The position numbers and the translations under genes are program-made. From the NCBI GenBank assembly GCA_030264375.1, contig JASCQW010000133.1:43972884-44036883 (forward strand): a DNA stretch of 64,000 nt. The letters are read 5' to 3'. The notes beneath the pieces were generated by a model that was not told the DNA's origin, searched no databases, and saw only the letters and a program-made list of their open reading frames with translations. The stretch is from Carcharhinus longimanus. Lineage: Eukaryota. Shown piece by piece: positions 23,561-37,724 of the stretch (position 1 is the stretch's first letter; the number at the start of each line of letters is the position of its first letter).

Positions 23561-26500
23561 AGCAAGACCATCACAATTTTATTCCTCATCTCTCATTCTC
23601 CACTTTCCATTGCCCAGGAGCGTAGTAATTTCATAGATGTAACACTACCCAACCGATAAACAAATTATCTACATACTCTACAAGGTTTTCTATTAGCTAG
23701 GACACATTCCCAATTCTATTTGCCTTTAGACACTTTTAATCAGATTAAGGCCTTCCTTCCTCTGCGGCAGGATTTTTATATGTTTACCGAGCAAAATATC
23801 TCTGTCAAATTAAAACACAAAAGTTGCATATCTATCAAAGGTCCCTGCCCTAGCTGGAGACATCAAGCATGTACTGCAGGGTTCAACTTCCCTCACATCA
23901 TCTGCTTCCAGCAGCCCTGGGGACTTCACAAGGCAAACTATAATTTCTAGTAAATATATCCTAGGGACACAATTAGTTTTCAGTTGGGGAGATGATAAAT
24001 TGGTCATGCATAATTCAGAACTGGCAGAAGCTAGAAAATAAACTGCCCGAACTTTGCTTCCAACCCCGGCAAGAGAATACAAATGTGACTGGGGGCTGGG
24101 GTTGATGAACGGTGCTAAGACTGCCTGGGTACAGCGTAACGATAGAAAAGGACACTGCTGGCAATATCTATTTGGTGCTGTGCTTCTGTATGTGTTATGA
24201 GCTTAAGAGTCTGACACAGAGTTAAACGCACAGATGTTCAGCAATCTGCACTTGTGTTAATTACCCTAATGTGAGCTGAAACTCAGCAGATCACAGCTAA
24301 TGAAGAAGCCCATTTTTCCCAGACCCTGTATCTTGACTTCCTTTGTAAGCACAAGAGGGTTTTTCTATACATTAATAATAACCCTCTTGGAAGGTGAGCA
24401 AAATTAGACATAAAGCAAACAGACCGCCAGCACAAGCAGATGACAGTAGGATGACTGATGTATGGTGCTTGCAATAAAACTTGTGGTTTAATTATTTCAC
24501 TGTTGGCTTGATATAAAGCCAGAGTTACAATTTTTCATACAACTGTGCTGCGTGGGAGGAGGCCATTCAGCCCACCATACATTTGTTGGTCCTGTGAACG
24601 TACTATTCATTTAGCCCCATGATCCTCTGCTCTTTCTGTTGCGAAGTGAATAAACATTTTCTTTCAACATTCAGATGAAACATTTCAGTCAGTAAGTCAA
24701 AGTTCCAACTTGATAACACAACATAAACCACCTTATCAAGCACCTGTTTTACCTGACAAAAAGCGTGGTTTGTCAGAAATTGGCCTTAAAAAAATTGAGG
24801 CTGGGGGATGGTGAGACAGGGTATATTTACATTTTTCAGTACACCAAAATAACCATTTTTGCAAAATGCTGTTTTCATTTTTCAAGTTTTAAAGGCCCTG
24901 TTTTGGTCATTAAAGCACAATATTCACCAAGGAGATCTAAGAGCCTGCATAAGAATGGGGTCAAAGGTAGTGCAAAGCTCCTAAAATGAAAACTCTTTGC
25001 CACATTGGATCCCACTCTTCCCATCATTAACACTCGGAAAAAAACATCTGGTAAATGGCAACTTCAGCAAGCCTGCAGGCATACAAGTGACATTTACCAT
25101 ACATAACCAATGCAGAGCTGATTTAATTACTGCACTTAAAGGTAACAAAAGACGACTCAATTTAATCCACAATGGCACTAGAAGATCAAAACGCAGCTGT
25201 AGGATAACAAGACAGCGTAAGCTGTGAATAAGGAGGACCAATTTGCTTGAGAGTCTCATCTGCACCTTTCCACAAAAGAACAAGAAACACTTCTCTCTCA
25301 CTAAATCAAAGGAAGCTTTTAACTTTATGTTCACACCAACGTTCAATTAATTGGGAGAAAACGCTTAAAGGACTGAAGCACAAAATTACTTTTATACACC
25401 CAACCTCCCAAAAATATTAAACACATTTTAATCTCCCAATGAAGAAAGAAAATGGGGGTGGGGGCTGAGATGAACACACGTTGAGGCAAAGGTGCACAAT
25501 GAAGAACAGCTTTTACTTTCATTGTGGTGTCATACTAATGGAAGGGAGCATGTGACAACATACAAATGACTTCTCCAGGGAACCCGCCTCAGGCTCTTCA
25601 TCTGTTTTTCTCCGTTTCTGCAGGAATTAATCAGGAGTGATAAGAACGTTTGTCTTGTAAATGCTGCATCAAGAGGAAACACTGTTTTAAATTATCATGC
25701 CAGGCACCGGTGAAGAAGGCACTGCTTTAAGCCTGGGATAATAGGATGCTTTTTGTGCAGTTCTCAAGGCCTCGTGAGACAGGAAAGCACAATGATGTGA
25801 CCTTCAGTGTTGAAAGCAACAAAGCCCACCCCAGAGTCTTTGGTAGAACAGTAGATTTTGTGAAAAGGTCATCTTTCCAACAACAGGATACCTTTTGAAC
25901 ATTGCTACCAACCTCAATGGCTTTGATCTGGCCAGTATTGGGACAGCAAAGGCATACTAGTGCCCAATGCTATAAACAGTCTACAACATAACATTCAGTC
26001 TGCATTAATGAGCATTTGCAAAATAAAATGAGGTAAATGTATGCTTTAGCTCAGAAACGCCTAAATATTGGGTTTCTGTCCTTTAATAAGATGTTTCAAC
26101 AAATTCTGTCTGGAGAGACAATTGCCTGGTTGAAAACCAGCAACCATTATAAATGTCAATATGTTATAACTAAGTCCCTTAACATGTTGCACTCAAAAAG
26201 ATAATACAGATATTGTTCCGTTTGTACAGGTCCTGTCCAAAGGTTAGACTAACTACAAGAGTTTATCAGATTAAAAGTTTTTGGGCAGCCAACAATATGC
26301 AGTCTTTGTCTTTTAAAACATAAACATTCCAATTCCATGACTATGGTTTCAAAAGCAGCTCAGCCTCCAAATCTTATACTGGCTTTCTTCAAGAAATAAG
26401 ATTTAAGTAATATATAAATTTTAATACTGCACTGGTGCACAGGAATCTTTCGCTTAATGGGGCGCTTTCAATCCTTGGGTCTACAAAGTGGCAGGTAGGA

Positions 26501-27365
26501 GAAAACTACTTAAAATAAATTGATCCAAAATAACACTAATGACAGACTTGGAGCTAATTTTAGAGAATATTTCTATCCTAAATTAATGTTGTAAGTGTGC
26601 AATTTGTAAATGTTTTTTCTGATGATGTAGTTTTTAATTACTGTTTTTTTAAATAGAAAAGGGAAACTACTTAAAATACAGGAAATGTTGATTGCTCATC
26701 AGAAGAAATGTAAGATATGACGCTTCTAAAATTATTTGTCTACTCGGTTAATTAGATTTGAAAACATCTGCCTAAGGAAATGTGAATGTCTCAAATATTT
26801 CCTAGTTATAAAATACATATTCACTACCGCATCAATGTGCTGGCAGGGAGCAGACACACTGACTTGTTTAACACTGCATGATTATTCACAGCAACAAGGT
26901 ACCAGAGGAAACAAAGGAGCCCAATGATTTTACAAGAAAATATTGATTTCTATTATACCAGCAGCTTTTCAACTGTCCAAAGTTATTGGATTCATATTTG
27001 ATAAGAAAGCAGCTCAGTGAGCTGACAAAGGGCTTCCTGGACTCATTTCTCCACGCTATGATCCGTTTCATGCAGCCTGCTCCCAAACGCTTAACTTTGT
27101 TGTTCAGTAATGCCAACCAGCTGGTTAAGCTCATGTATCTTTAACTAAATAGCACGAATAATGGCCATTTAAAATATATATTTATATATAAAGAGAGCCA
27201 GCATCGCTCAGAGCACTACTTTGGAGAAAAGGCATGCAGCCAACAGGGAGGATTCCCTTTGTTACTGATCTAAGACAGAGAGGAGTCCACAATAAAAAAT
27301 AAACACTATAAGCAAGAAGAACACAAGGGCATTTGTTAGAAAGGAGGAAAGTGAAATGTATTTAC

Positions 27366-27720
27366 CTTCCCAACACCGGAGAGTTATTTTCCTAAATACA
27401 AAAACCGACTGATAATCTCAATCCAAGGAGCAAACACACAGTAAATCCCAAACCATCCAGGATCCACAATTATCCGGAACATTCCCTTCGCAGTGAAACA
27501 CAAACATGAGTCTTGGTGAAATATGGCCGTGTTTGAAAAGCGTGCGGCTTTTTGTTTGAAAAGACCAGTTTTCTTTGCGGATGGGCGCAGTGAAGAGCTG
27601 CCTCTCCCTCTCCGCACCCTGGCGGCTGGGCAGCCCGGCAGCCCGCACACAAAGCCCGCAGAGAGAGGCGGACACGGCGCGGCTCCTCTCAGCGCTGCCC
27701 CACTGCTCTGCTCATTAATC
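27366..27720 (-). other. Candidate first exon (5' UTR-like) of the minus-strand gene
   Basis: Highest CpG density in the window (27520-27730), ending in donor GAAG|gtaaat at 27366/27365. No convincing ORF crosses the donor, and the transcription start is uncertain. Confidence 0.55.
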
Positions 27721-28090
27721 CCGCTGCCTCTTACTCAGTTCCAGTCCTCACTCCGCTTCCCCCTCATACAAACTGCACTCGGGTGATTCTCTCAGGTCTG
27801 GATATCCATAATTCCCATGATGAGCGAAGAGCAATCCCCTCTGCACATTGTAATCTCAATCTTGTTACTGTTAAGCCTCCAAATCAGCTTTGGAGCCGCT
27901 CTGGACAACTGCCGCTTTCAACCTCCTAAGGTGGCTTAGGGTTGTAATGCCAGCGAGCAGACTGAAGCGATCTATTCAAGAAAAATGGATTACAAAGGCT
28001 GCCTCTTTCTCTTAAAGGGACAGCGCACGGCTGTCTGAGCAACTGTCAGCGGGCCTCCCCTCCTCTCATACAGCTGGCCAGCTGTACTGA
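27520..28090 (-). promoter_or_regulatory. CpG-enriched promoter region
   Basis: GC- and CpG-rich, repeat-free island in otherwise AT-rich, CpG-depleted sequence, adjacent to a splice donor. Confidence 0.6.
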
Positions 28091-28556
28091 CAGATTAGGT
28101 GGCTTTGTTAGTGAGATCCCAAACTCTCAGTCAAGATGTGGAGTTTTAATAACGACGTCTTGGTTTATAAATAGCATCAGGATCTTCAAATCCAATTGTG
28201 AGCTTTTAGCTCATTTTCAAAGTTATTCTACACGCTGGCAATTTAAAAAAATACAAACATTGTATTTATGTACTTGCCTTCAAAGAAGTTGGTGCAAGAC
28301 TTTGATGTGGGGAAGGGCTGGGAAGCATAGATGGATTTTTCTAATCCTGGATATCTGAAGTTCCATTGCAACCGAATATTAAAGGGGCTTTCATGAGGGG
28401 GGTGGCGGCAGGGAGTGAAATAAAACTCACAGTCCTATGTGCTCAATTTGTCTGAATTTCATAGAAGGCATGTAAATGTGGGCATTCCCACTTAGGATTC
28501 TATTCGTCTCTGAGCAGTCCCCACCCCCTCCCATTGATCTTCTGTCTAAAAACCTT

Positions 28557-28685
28557 GGGATGGAATTTTCCCATCCTACCCGCCATGGGAATCGTAGTGA
28601 ATGCATGGGCAGACCATGCAAAAGTCCATTGGCCTCAAGCTGGAATTTCTGGCCTTGGGACAAGCAAAGCTGGAAAATCTCGCCC
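28557..28685. mobile_element. Short palindromic MITE-like element
   Basis: Imperfect terminal inverted repeats (TIRs) gggatggaattttcc / ggaaaatctcgccc, related to the elements at 37592, 38558, 39420 and 57310. Confidence 0.5.
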
Positions 28686-29029
28686 CTCTGAAGTGAAGAG
28701 TTGCTGCTGAAATTAATGGCTTGATGGATTATTGAAATACGTCAGACATCAATTATTAGTGAAGAGACAGGTTGCTGAAACTTTTCTCCTTGCCCTCGTC
28801 AGGATAAATGCAAGAACGTCAAATTTCGAACAATCACAACAATTTATACACTGGAGAAGGGGGTGCTGACCAGCCAGCCTGAGTCCACCTGCCAACCAAT
28901 CAGAATATAAATTTGGCAAAATAACTCTCTTATCAGAATCTTCAATATTCAAGTTTGACACTACCAAGTGGCTGTTTTCATAAGTAAATTATTTTGTGAT
29001 TACTGATGATCCAAGTTCAGAGAATTACA

Positions 29030-29420
29030 TTGAGTTTACAGCATAGATGCAGGCCATTCAATGTTACTTATGTACCAGTGTTTATGTGCCACATGAGCTT
29101 CCTTGAACCTAACAGCATATTGTTATCATCCTTTCTCCCTCAAGAGCCTGTCTAAGTTCTTTGTAAATGTATCCACGCCATTAACCTCAACTACTCCTGG
29201 TAGTACTGGATTCCAGATTCACATTACTCTCTCAGTAAGAAGTTTCTCCTGAATCCCTACTGATTTATTAGCAACTGTCTTATACTTATGGTCCCTGAAC
29301 TTTCATTTTCCCCATGAGTGGATACACCTTCTCTACATTTAACTTACCAAACATTATCAGGCCACCCATCAGCCTTCTCTTTATTAATGAAATGAATCTC
29401 AGCCTACTCTGTCCTCCCTG
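29030..29420 (-). mobile_element. Old CR1 3' fragment
   Basis: acagcatagatgcaggccattc...cctcaactactcctggtag..ttccagattc...gtaagaagtttctcctga (CR1 C-terminus on minus). Confidence 0.6.
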
Positions 29421-30430
29421 ACACAAACAGCTATTATTGTATTATTTTGGTTAGATTATAAAAATTAATGTATTGGCTCAAGTTTTATTCATTTACTAAT
29501 CTATGACTGAGAAGTATTTCGGATGCAAGGGTTAGATTAATTTGAAATTACCTCGATTGTGAATAATTTTCTTGCAAACCGTGGCAGCGAATGAGCTCAA
29601 ATGAAAAATTAGGAAACAAAGATGGGACTATGGATAGTCTGCAATGCAACTCAGACAATGTGAAGCAGCAGACAGAACTATCACAATACAGTAGGTGAGG
29701 GTAAAAAACTGACAATAAACTACTTCTGTTTTATGGTTTGATTACCATAACTCAGGAACATGTGAGGTTTAAGTCTATGTTTTGAGTTACCTGCATATAA
29801 CCGATTCTGCTGATATCTGGTTTATGGATTTAGGATTTAACCATCTTTCAATGAGCCAAAAGAACTTTACAAAAGTCCAGGTTCTTCAAATTCCAGTAGG
29901 ACAAACCAACAAGCAAAGAACTACTATACAAAAAGAAAGGGCTGAGTTATTTATGCTTCGTGAAACAGATTGCCTCACAAAACATCGATGAGTTGCAAAT
30001 CCTTGGGGCAGTGTTATTTACATAAAATGGATGGATGCACGTGTCATTTATGACCCTCCTTCTGTGCTGCCAATGGTAGCCAGCAACATTAGACCAGGGT
30101 ATTTTCTGCTCCGTCAAGGGGTTGGGCACTGCAGTTGATGATGTATAGGTTAAAGAACACTTCCCATTTCCTGCTGGGAAATTAGATTGTGGATTCTATT
30201 TTCAGCTTTCTACAGTAAGTATGAATGCGTCGTACTTCAGGGCACTTGTCACAATTCATGCAACTGGCAGGATATCTGGTCTCCCCACCATTGTACGTAC
30301 AGCCTATTCTGCTACCTACATCTAGGAGTTCCATCTAATACATTTCAAGCCTACAATTTGAATTGCAACTGAAAAATTGAATTATAATATTTGTAATTGC
30401 TGACAAAGTGAATTTCGTTTGTACCCTATT

Positions 30431-30745
30431 CAGCATGGTGGCATAGTGGTTAGTATTGCTGTCTCACAGCACCAGGGGCCCAAGTTCAATTCCGGCCTTG
30501 GGTCACTGTTGGTGAAGTTTGCACTTTCTCCCCTATGTGAGTTTCTTCCGGTGCTCCAGTTTCCTCCTACAGTCCAAAGATGTGCAGGTTGGGTTGATTA
30601 ACCATGCTAATTTGACACCAGTGTCAGGAAAATTAACAGGGTAAATGTATAGGGTAACTGGAATAGGACCTGGGTGGGACTGTGGTCGGTGCAGACTCAA
30701 TGAGCCAAATGGCCTCCTTCTGTACTGTAGGGATTCTATGATTCT
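30431..30745 (+). mobile_element. HE1-like tRNA-derived V-SINE, full length
   Basis: A box tggcatagtgg, B box gttcaattcc, V-domain tgctccagtttcctcc.acagtccaaagatgtgc, CR1-derived tail and gattctat repeat. Confidence 0.85.
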
Positions 30746-30799
30746 CCTGAAGACAGAGGCTTATATTTGGGCATGAAAATCTATCCAATATGACAGCAC

Positions 30800-31040
30800 A
30801 AAATGAGAGCTTTTCACATGTAAACTTTGATGGTGAGACTCAACGTCATAGTTGAACTCAATCCTATCCACATGTTTACTGGACGATTTTTTTCTTTTCC
30901 TAACCAGAAACATTGGGGCCAACTGCAGCAGCATGACCACTGCTATTTCTCCAGTGACAGCTGAGATCAGCTAACTCAGTCTGAATAAGAAATTGCATCA
31001 GGAAACTTCCTGGTCTGAACGTGCATGTGGTGCAATGCAC
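30800..31040 (-). mobile_element. Ancient LF-SINE-like relic
   Basis: Minus strand cagaccaggaag...ctgagttagctgatctcagc; a similar relic lies at ~37230-37450. Confidence 0.4.
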
Positions 31041-33444
31041 TCACTTATTGTCCCTCCCAGTTCTGCTTTTTGTTAACAATGCCAGAATCTGCAGCGTCTG
31101 CATTCTAACGCTCAACGTGAATATTGTAAAGACTGGTATTTCAATAATATTCTTTACCACAGTCTTAATTTGGTCCAAAATGTAGAATTCATTTTCATTA
31201 AATACTCCCAAAGTTTGGATCAACGTTTAGACACTACAGCTTTAATAATTAAATTATGTGATCAGTCGCTGGCTGATAATGCAATGATGTCACTGCACAA
31301 TACTAAGAAATATGAGTGAAGGTTGCAAAGTGTTTCACAAGACAGTTTAGCACGGTCATGCCGATGGTAAAGAGGTGTGATGTTTCCGTATTGATCAAAA
31401 AGGTTTAAACTTTTCAGTCAGTAATGGAAACAAAACAGCAACATTAACAGGACTTTAAATGCACAAATAAACACTTTGGACACTACACTCTTTGGAAATT
31501 TGGTGAGATGGCCTCAAGGAAGGATCTCCAAGGTATGATGTCTTCTGACTGTACTTTCAAAGATATGCTCCCAAAAATGTTATGCATTGATGCAAAAGTG
31601 ACAAAATAAAAGTAGTTCCAAAAAAGCTGTTAGCCACTTGAATGCAGCATTGAATCTGAAAGCTGCTGAAGTATTCAGATTGATTGATTTGGCCTGCTGT
31701 TTTCAAGGATAAAAGATCCAGGAGGGTCGCTGTTGTCAGACTGAGACACCAGTTTTGACCCAAGACAAAAACGCTTCCCTTCAAAAAAAATTGAGAGTTT
31801 CAATTTCTCATATTTACAGAAAGGTTGAAATTTTCTGCCAAAGCATTTTATAATTCCCTGGGAGGCAAAAAAAAATTAATGCTGTGTATGTTAAAGGCCA
31901 TGATTTGGGAGCAAAGTACAGTATTAATTTTTTTACACTGGCACAATTAAAAGCCCGTGAGTTTGTCAAAATGCCTTGTTAAATAATTTCAAAAGTTCAA
32001 ACATCATTTACCATTAAAAAGAATTTTAATGAATTCTCTGCGTTAACTGGTCATTAATATACAGATGCCTGGCAATGTAACCCTTTGATACTTTTACAGT
32101 CTTGCTGTAAATTACATCCATATATTTCCAATCTCCTTATTCAGGATATTTCAGTCACGACACCTTTTCTTATGTTTCACATGTAGAGCATGAGACAAAT
32201 TGCTTCCTAAAATTTATATCAGCTGTCATCCACCCTCTCCAAAAGCCTCCCACCACCTGAAATACATCAATTTAACCATTATGTGCATGTAATATGGTTT
32301 TGAGAAGCTCTTTCATAACCCCACCTTGAAAAACCTGCTGTAGAAGCATTTTAAGCCAACATGAACACTGTGGTGGTTGTGCTTAGGCTGTCAGATATCT
32401 CTTTGATGCTTCATTTTTCTCCCCACTGCTCAAACACAGTTGTCATCAGACCTAACTCATGCATGACGACCTTTGGTCACTGCAAACACAGATCGTTTGG
32501 ATGATAATAGTGAGAAAATGGATTGCTCGCCAAGTACATCATGTGGAGATCCTACATTCCACCTTCAAATATCTTCCATTTTAACCTATAATGTACCAGC
32601 ATTATAGAAGCCTGAAAATATGTTGAATGATTACTTTGAATTTTTCTTTTAATATTTAACCTGCTGTAGTTCACCATCAAAACTAATTTCAAATTTGTGA
32701 TGTGCCATGAATTCACATTAAAATAATGATGCTTTTAAATTTAAAATACAGAATAATTGAAAATTAGGCAAAGATTGTGAATGTTTTTTGGGAGTATGCA
32801 TTTATTTTATGAATCTTATTGCATTTAACTTTCAGTAAAAATATGATATTTAAATTACTGCATTGTTGCTTAGCTGCATAAAGTGTACACTTTGAAGGCT
32901 TTCCTATCTCTTGTACACACACTTGACACTTAATATTTTTAAAATCTAGTGGTTTACAAGAAAGGGAAATAAATAGTCTAAGTAACATTTTCTTCAAAAT
33001 CATATACAACCGTTGCAAAAGGCAAGTTACCGATAAGCCATATTGCTCTGTTGTAAATATTTTGCTATAAAGGGAAGTACTTTGATGCCAAAACCCCAGT
33101 GAAATGCTTGTGGCAATAAGAATACAAGGGAAAAGATCCATTCCGAGAAGCAAAGTCCCAAATTGTTTTGGCCACCATTGGGTATTACTTAATTGTCTCT
33201 TCCATAGAAAAACAACATCAATTGACCCATTACTGTGCATGCAATTTTTTTTTTGTGAAGGCAACGTAGTTAGCAAACTTCCTTTGTTCCTTTGGTTTGA
33301 ATCTAGCTAAGAACGATAAAACCAAACAAACTAACATTTAACTTGGTACGCTACAGTCCAATGTTGGCAACTCCACATCACATTTAACTTGGTGCCTTTC
33401 ATATCCTTTTGTATTTCAGAGTCAGTCAATGGGTGTATGGGTAG

Positions 33445-35665
33445 GGTAACATGGTGGTTATATTACTGGACTAATGATCCAGAGATAGGAATTCAAATCC
33501 TATCATGGCAGTTAGGGAATTTAAATTCAGTTAATTAAATAAATCTACAAAAAAAAAGCTGATTTGGCAGTCATGAAATTACTATTTTGTTGCAAGAACA
33601 CCTCTAGTTCACTAATGTTCGTTCAGGAAGGAAATCTGCCGTCTTTAGCTCGTCTGGGCTAAATGTGATTCTGGACATACAACAACATGGTTGACTTATA
33701 ACCATCCTCTGAAAAAGTCCGCAAAGCCATTCAATTGCATTGAAATGCTAAAAAAAAATAAAAAGATAAACCACTCTGCATCAACCTATACACCAGACAC
33801 AATGAAGACGCAGCCAGCCCAGCAAAGCTCAAAAGTCCTTTTTATTAGCATTTAGAGATTTGTGCCAAAATTAGGGGAGCAGTCTGTCCCATAGACCAGT
33901 CAAGCAACAGCTTGACATGGTCATTCTTACGCTCTCACAAAGCTGGCTGGAGACTCAGGTGCAGAGGTTGTTGCCAAATGGTTGGTCTTTTTTTTATTTT
34001 TGCTTTTCTAAATATTTCCTCTTAGAATCAAACCTTTCAGTCAAAGATCCAAACTCCTTCATCACTGTCCCTGGTTATTTCCTGTACCATTGCAAGGAGC
34101 GGCACAGTGGTATACAGTGGGGAGTAGGATGCCCTCTGACCTTAACACTGACTTTGGACTAATGCAGTCACAAGGTGTCAAGGAAATCTGCTGCTGATTA
34201 TCACCACTGCACTCCCTCAGCTGATGAATCCATACTCCTCTATGCTGAATGCTATTTGGAAGAGATATTGAGGGTAGCAAGACACAGACTATACTCTAGG
34301 TAGGGAATTTCAAAGTCCATCACCAAGATTAGCTGAGTAGTACCCTTACTGACCAAGCTGGCAGAGTCCTGAAAGATGCAGCTACCAAACTGGGTCTTTG
34401 GCAGATTGTGAGAGAACCAACAAGAGACAAAAAACATACCAGAACTCATTTTCACCAATCTAGCCATTGCAGATGCATTTGTCCATGGTTATTACTATTA
34501 GTAGGGTGACCACTGCAAGGTCCTTTACAGATTGAGGTTACAGACCAAAAGCCAGAAAGTGGACTTCGCATAGCTCCTTGTCAGCTAGCATGGACATGAT
34601 TGACTACATTACCTTCTTCCCCGCTGTAAATTTTGATGATTCCCTGACACATTGCATTGTGTGGCAATACCACTTTGCTAAATGGATTAGATCATGAGAC
34701 CTTTCAACTCAAAGTTCAGCATCCAATGGCACTGTGGGCCATCAGCAGCAGAAACTTTGTATATCACTACAATGTGTCATTTTGTGGCCTGCCATATCCT
34801 TCACTCTACCAAAAAAACCATCAGGCTAAGGGATAAACCGCCGTTTCAATGAGAAGTGTAAGATACGCCAGGAAGAGCACCTGACGCTCCTAAAATGAAC
34901 TGTCAGGCTGATTGAAGCATAACACTGGACTACATGTATGTTAAACAGAGCAGCAGAGTGCCACAGACCGAGTTAAGTGATCCTACAACTGATGGATTAG
35001 ATCAGAGCTCTGTCGACTTGCCACACAGACATGAATGGTGGTGGACAATCAAACAACCAATGGGAGGAGGCAGCTCCATGATCATATCCATCCTTAATGA
35101 TGGTGGGCCCAGCATGAGTGCATAAGACAAGGATGAAACCTTCGTAGCCACCTTCAGCCAATTGTTCTGAGCAGACATGCCTAGTTCATCTGGGCCTTCA
35201 GCAGAGGTCCCACCAACACTGAGAAGCCAGTTTTCAGCCAATTCAATTTATTCTGCATGATATCAAGAAACAGCTGAAGGCACTGGATACAACAAAAACA
35301 ATGGGCATGGTACTGAAGAAGTACTCATAGCCAGTTGTTTCAGTAAAGCTGCGACATTTGCATGTAACCAACAAAGGGAAAGTTGCCCAGCCAAGTTCTG
35401 TCAACAAAATTCAGGACAAGGCCAAATGGTCAATGATTACTCTATCAACCTTCTCTCAAATAGCAACAATGTTTTCCAGTAGCACTACTGATAATGTGCA
35501 CAAAGGAAGATGCTTGTCATTTTTGCAAGTCTATCTTCTTTGGCTAGAACATGACTTCAATGTTGTGTCTTAGACTCAACCATCTCCTGCTGCTTAATTA
35601 ATAGGCTGTCCTCTATAATAAAGTCAGAAATGGGTTGTTTGCTGATGATTACACCATCTTCAGTA
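33445..35665 (+). mobile_element. Degraded LINE (CR1/L2 group) with tRNA-like 5' head, APE region and partial RT
   Basis: The head is homologous to the SINE at 36344. It is followed by relic APE codons (gtgccaaaatta..gtcaagcaacag..gacatggtcattcttac = VPKL..VKQQ.DxVILT; atcactgtccctggttat = ITVPGY) and RT tttgctgatgat (FADD) at ~35638. Confidence 0.7.
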
Positions 35666-36343
35666 CTTAAACATGTCAGTCGAAACTCAAAACCAGTTTT
35701 CTGTTTTAATTTCAAGCAACTGCACTACCCTGCTTAATTCAAACATTGAAATTATAGTGCACATTATTCCTTTAGCTTGAATCCATAGAAATATAAGGAG
35801 AAAAGATCACTCACAAAGAACTTTGATTACTGCTGTTTAATTAGAACATCTCAAATGAAATAAAACCAAATGGGCTGTTAGAGCTGCTTTTTGTGTTTTG
35901 ATTGTTCTGTGGTTTGATATGCTTGCTGCATATGCCAAGCTATTACTGGCAGGAAGTGTCATAATTGTTGTCCAATAATTGTAATGAGCTGCTCCAATAA
36001 AGTTTACAGGTTTTCGTTCAGCAACACAGAAGATGTGAATAAATATTGTTGTCAAAGCTGCACAACATTGGGAGTCATCTGTGTTACCAATAAGTAAAGA
36101 TTCATCGCCACCACACAATTCCTTTGGTACAGTGCAGAGGTTGAAAGACAGGAGGACTATGCAGTTTTGAGGTGAAGTTTTAAATACAGGAAGATGCTTT
36201 GTTCTCAGATATAGGTTCCTAAGTGAGTTTGAGCAAAAATAACTGCAGTTGGCCCCATCATTCATTGCATTTTGGTGGTATAAAATTCAGATTTCAACTA
36301 TCCTTTGTGTGAAAAAGGTCTGGCTCTAATTTTAAGGTTATTA

Positions 36344-36689
36344 GGGGAGGCGATGGCCTAGTGGTATTACCGCTAGACTATTAATCCAAAAACTCAGCTG
36401 ATATTCCAGGGATTTACCACGGCAGACAGTAGAATTTGAATTCAATAAAAAATCTGGAATTAAGAATCTACTGATGACCATGAAACCATTGATGGATTTG
36501 GAAAAACCCATCTGGTTCACTAATGTCCTTTAGGGAAGGAAATCTGCCATCCTTACCCGCCCTGGCCTACTTGTGACTCCACAGCCACAGCAATGTGGTT
36601 GACTCTCAACTGCCCTCGGACAACTAGGGATGGGCAATAAATGCTGGCCAGCCAGCGATGCCCATGTCTCACGCGTGAACAAAAAGAAA
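36344..36689 (+). mobile_element. tRNA-derived SINE with LINE-like 3' tail
   Basis: Head ggggaggcgatggcctagtggta (A box), body tctggttcactaatgtcctttagggaaggaaatctgcc, tail ggatgggcaataaatgctggcc...gtgaacaaaaa. Confidence 0.8.
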
Positions 36690-37229
36690 TACTTCTAGAA
36701 TAATTACTCTCCTGCATTAGTTGTATAAAGATCTACGTTTACATTACCATTTTTAAATTAGTTAATTAATTTTGCCATTTCAATTTCTGTGCCCACATTT
36801 AAAATCAAAACTACCAATATAACATAGTCAAACCACCAGTAACAGCACTACATTGCCTCAGTTTTACATCATCCAACTACTCAGCCTATTGCAGAAAGAA
36901 AATCCTATGCTCCAAGCAACTCTAATTCTCTACTCACCATATTAGAATATTATGTAAAATTGAGAAACAACTTAAAATAGTGAGAAAGATAAATCTGCAC
37001 ACCCTTTCCAATTATTGCCCATCATCTAATCCTACTTTGTTTAAAGGTGATATTTGGTCTTAACTTCCAATGTGGAATGTTATGCAAGATCAACTGGTAT
37101 TTATTTCTTACTGTGCTTCTTCTCTCCATTTCTGATCTCTTCTAAAGGCACTTATTGAAATTGAGGTGTAGTTCCATATCTGTGTCACATCATCTCAAAT
37201 GTGAACCAGTTAGAATAAATATGTGTTTC

Positions 37230-37450
37230 AACCAAAAGGATATAAAGAGCTAAACTCAATCCTGCCACTCTCCGATATCCTTTTGCACAATTCATTGCAG
37301 GGGTCATTGCATAATGCTCAGGAGAAGAAAACGGAGTTTAAGATTGCTGACCTCAATGAATGTGCTACTGATCAGTTAACTCAGCATTGAGAACAAACCA
37401 GGAACCCTCAGCCTGCCCAGCTTACTCAAACTGGGAAGTGCATTTTCTAA
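37230..37450 (-). mobile_element. Ancient LF-SINE-like relic
   Basis: ctgatcagttaactcagca..gaacaaaccaggaacc and aactcaatcct, shared with 30800-31040. Confidence 0.35.
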
Positions 37451-37591
37451 ATGAGGTAGCAGAGACAATATCTTCTTAAAACCTTTCGCAGAAACAACTA
37501 AGCGATACAGTGGGTTAGACATTTGCATTTTTCTGTAAGATCTAGTTTCTAATCTAGTTAGCAGATGGGATAAAAATCCTCTCTCGTTCCT

Positions 37592-37724
37592 GGCTGGAAT
37601 TCTCCAACCTTACCCATGGTTGGGATTCTCTGGCCCCGCTGCAGTGGGGTTTTGGTTGAGTGCCAAATTATCCATTCTCGCTGACAGCAGTGGTTGAGAG
37701 AATGAGACCTGATGATCCTGGCCC
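37592..37724. mobile_element. Short palindromic MITE-like element
   Basis: ggctggaattctcc ... gatcctggccc termini, with an internal gggattctctgg motif. Confidence 0.45.

Noticed and set aside
28018-28027. GGACAGCGC, resembling a REST/RE1 right half-site
   Set aside because: No left half (TTCAGCACC) at the expected spacing.
30431-30505. tRNA genes at SINE heads
   Set aside because: The A/B boxes continue into SINE bodies; there is no complete cloverleaf or terminator.
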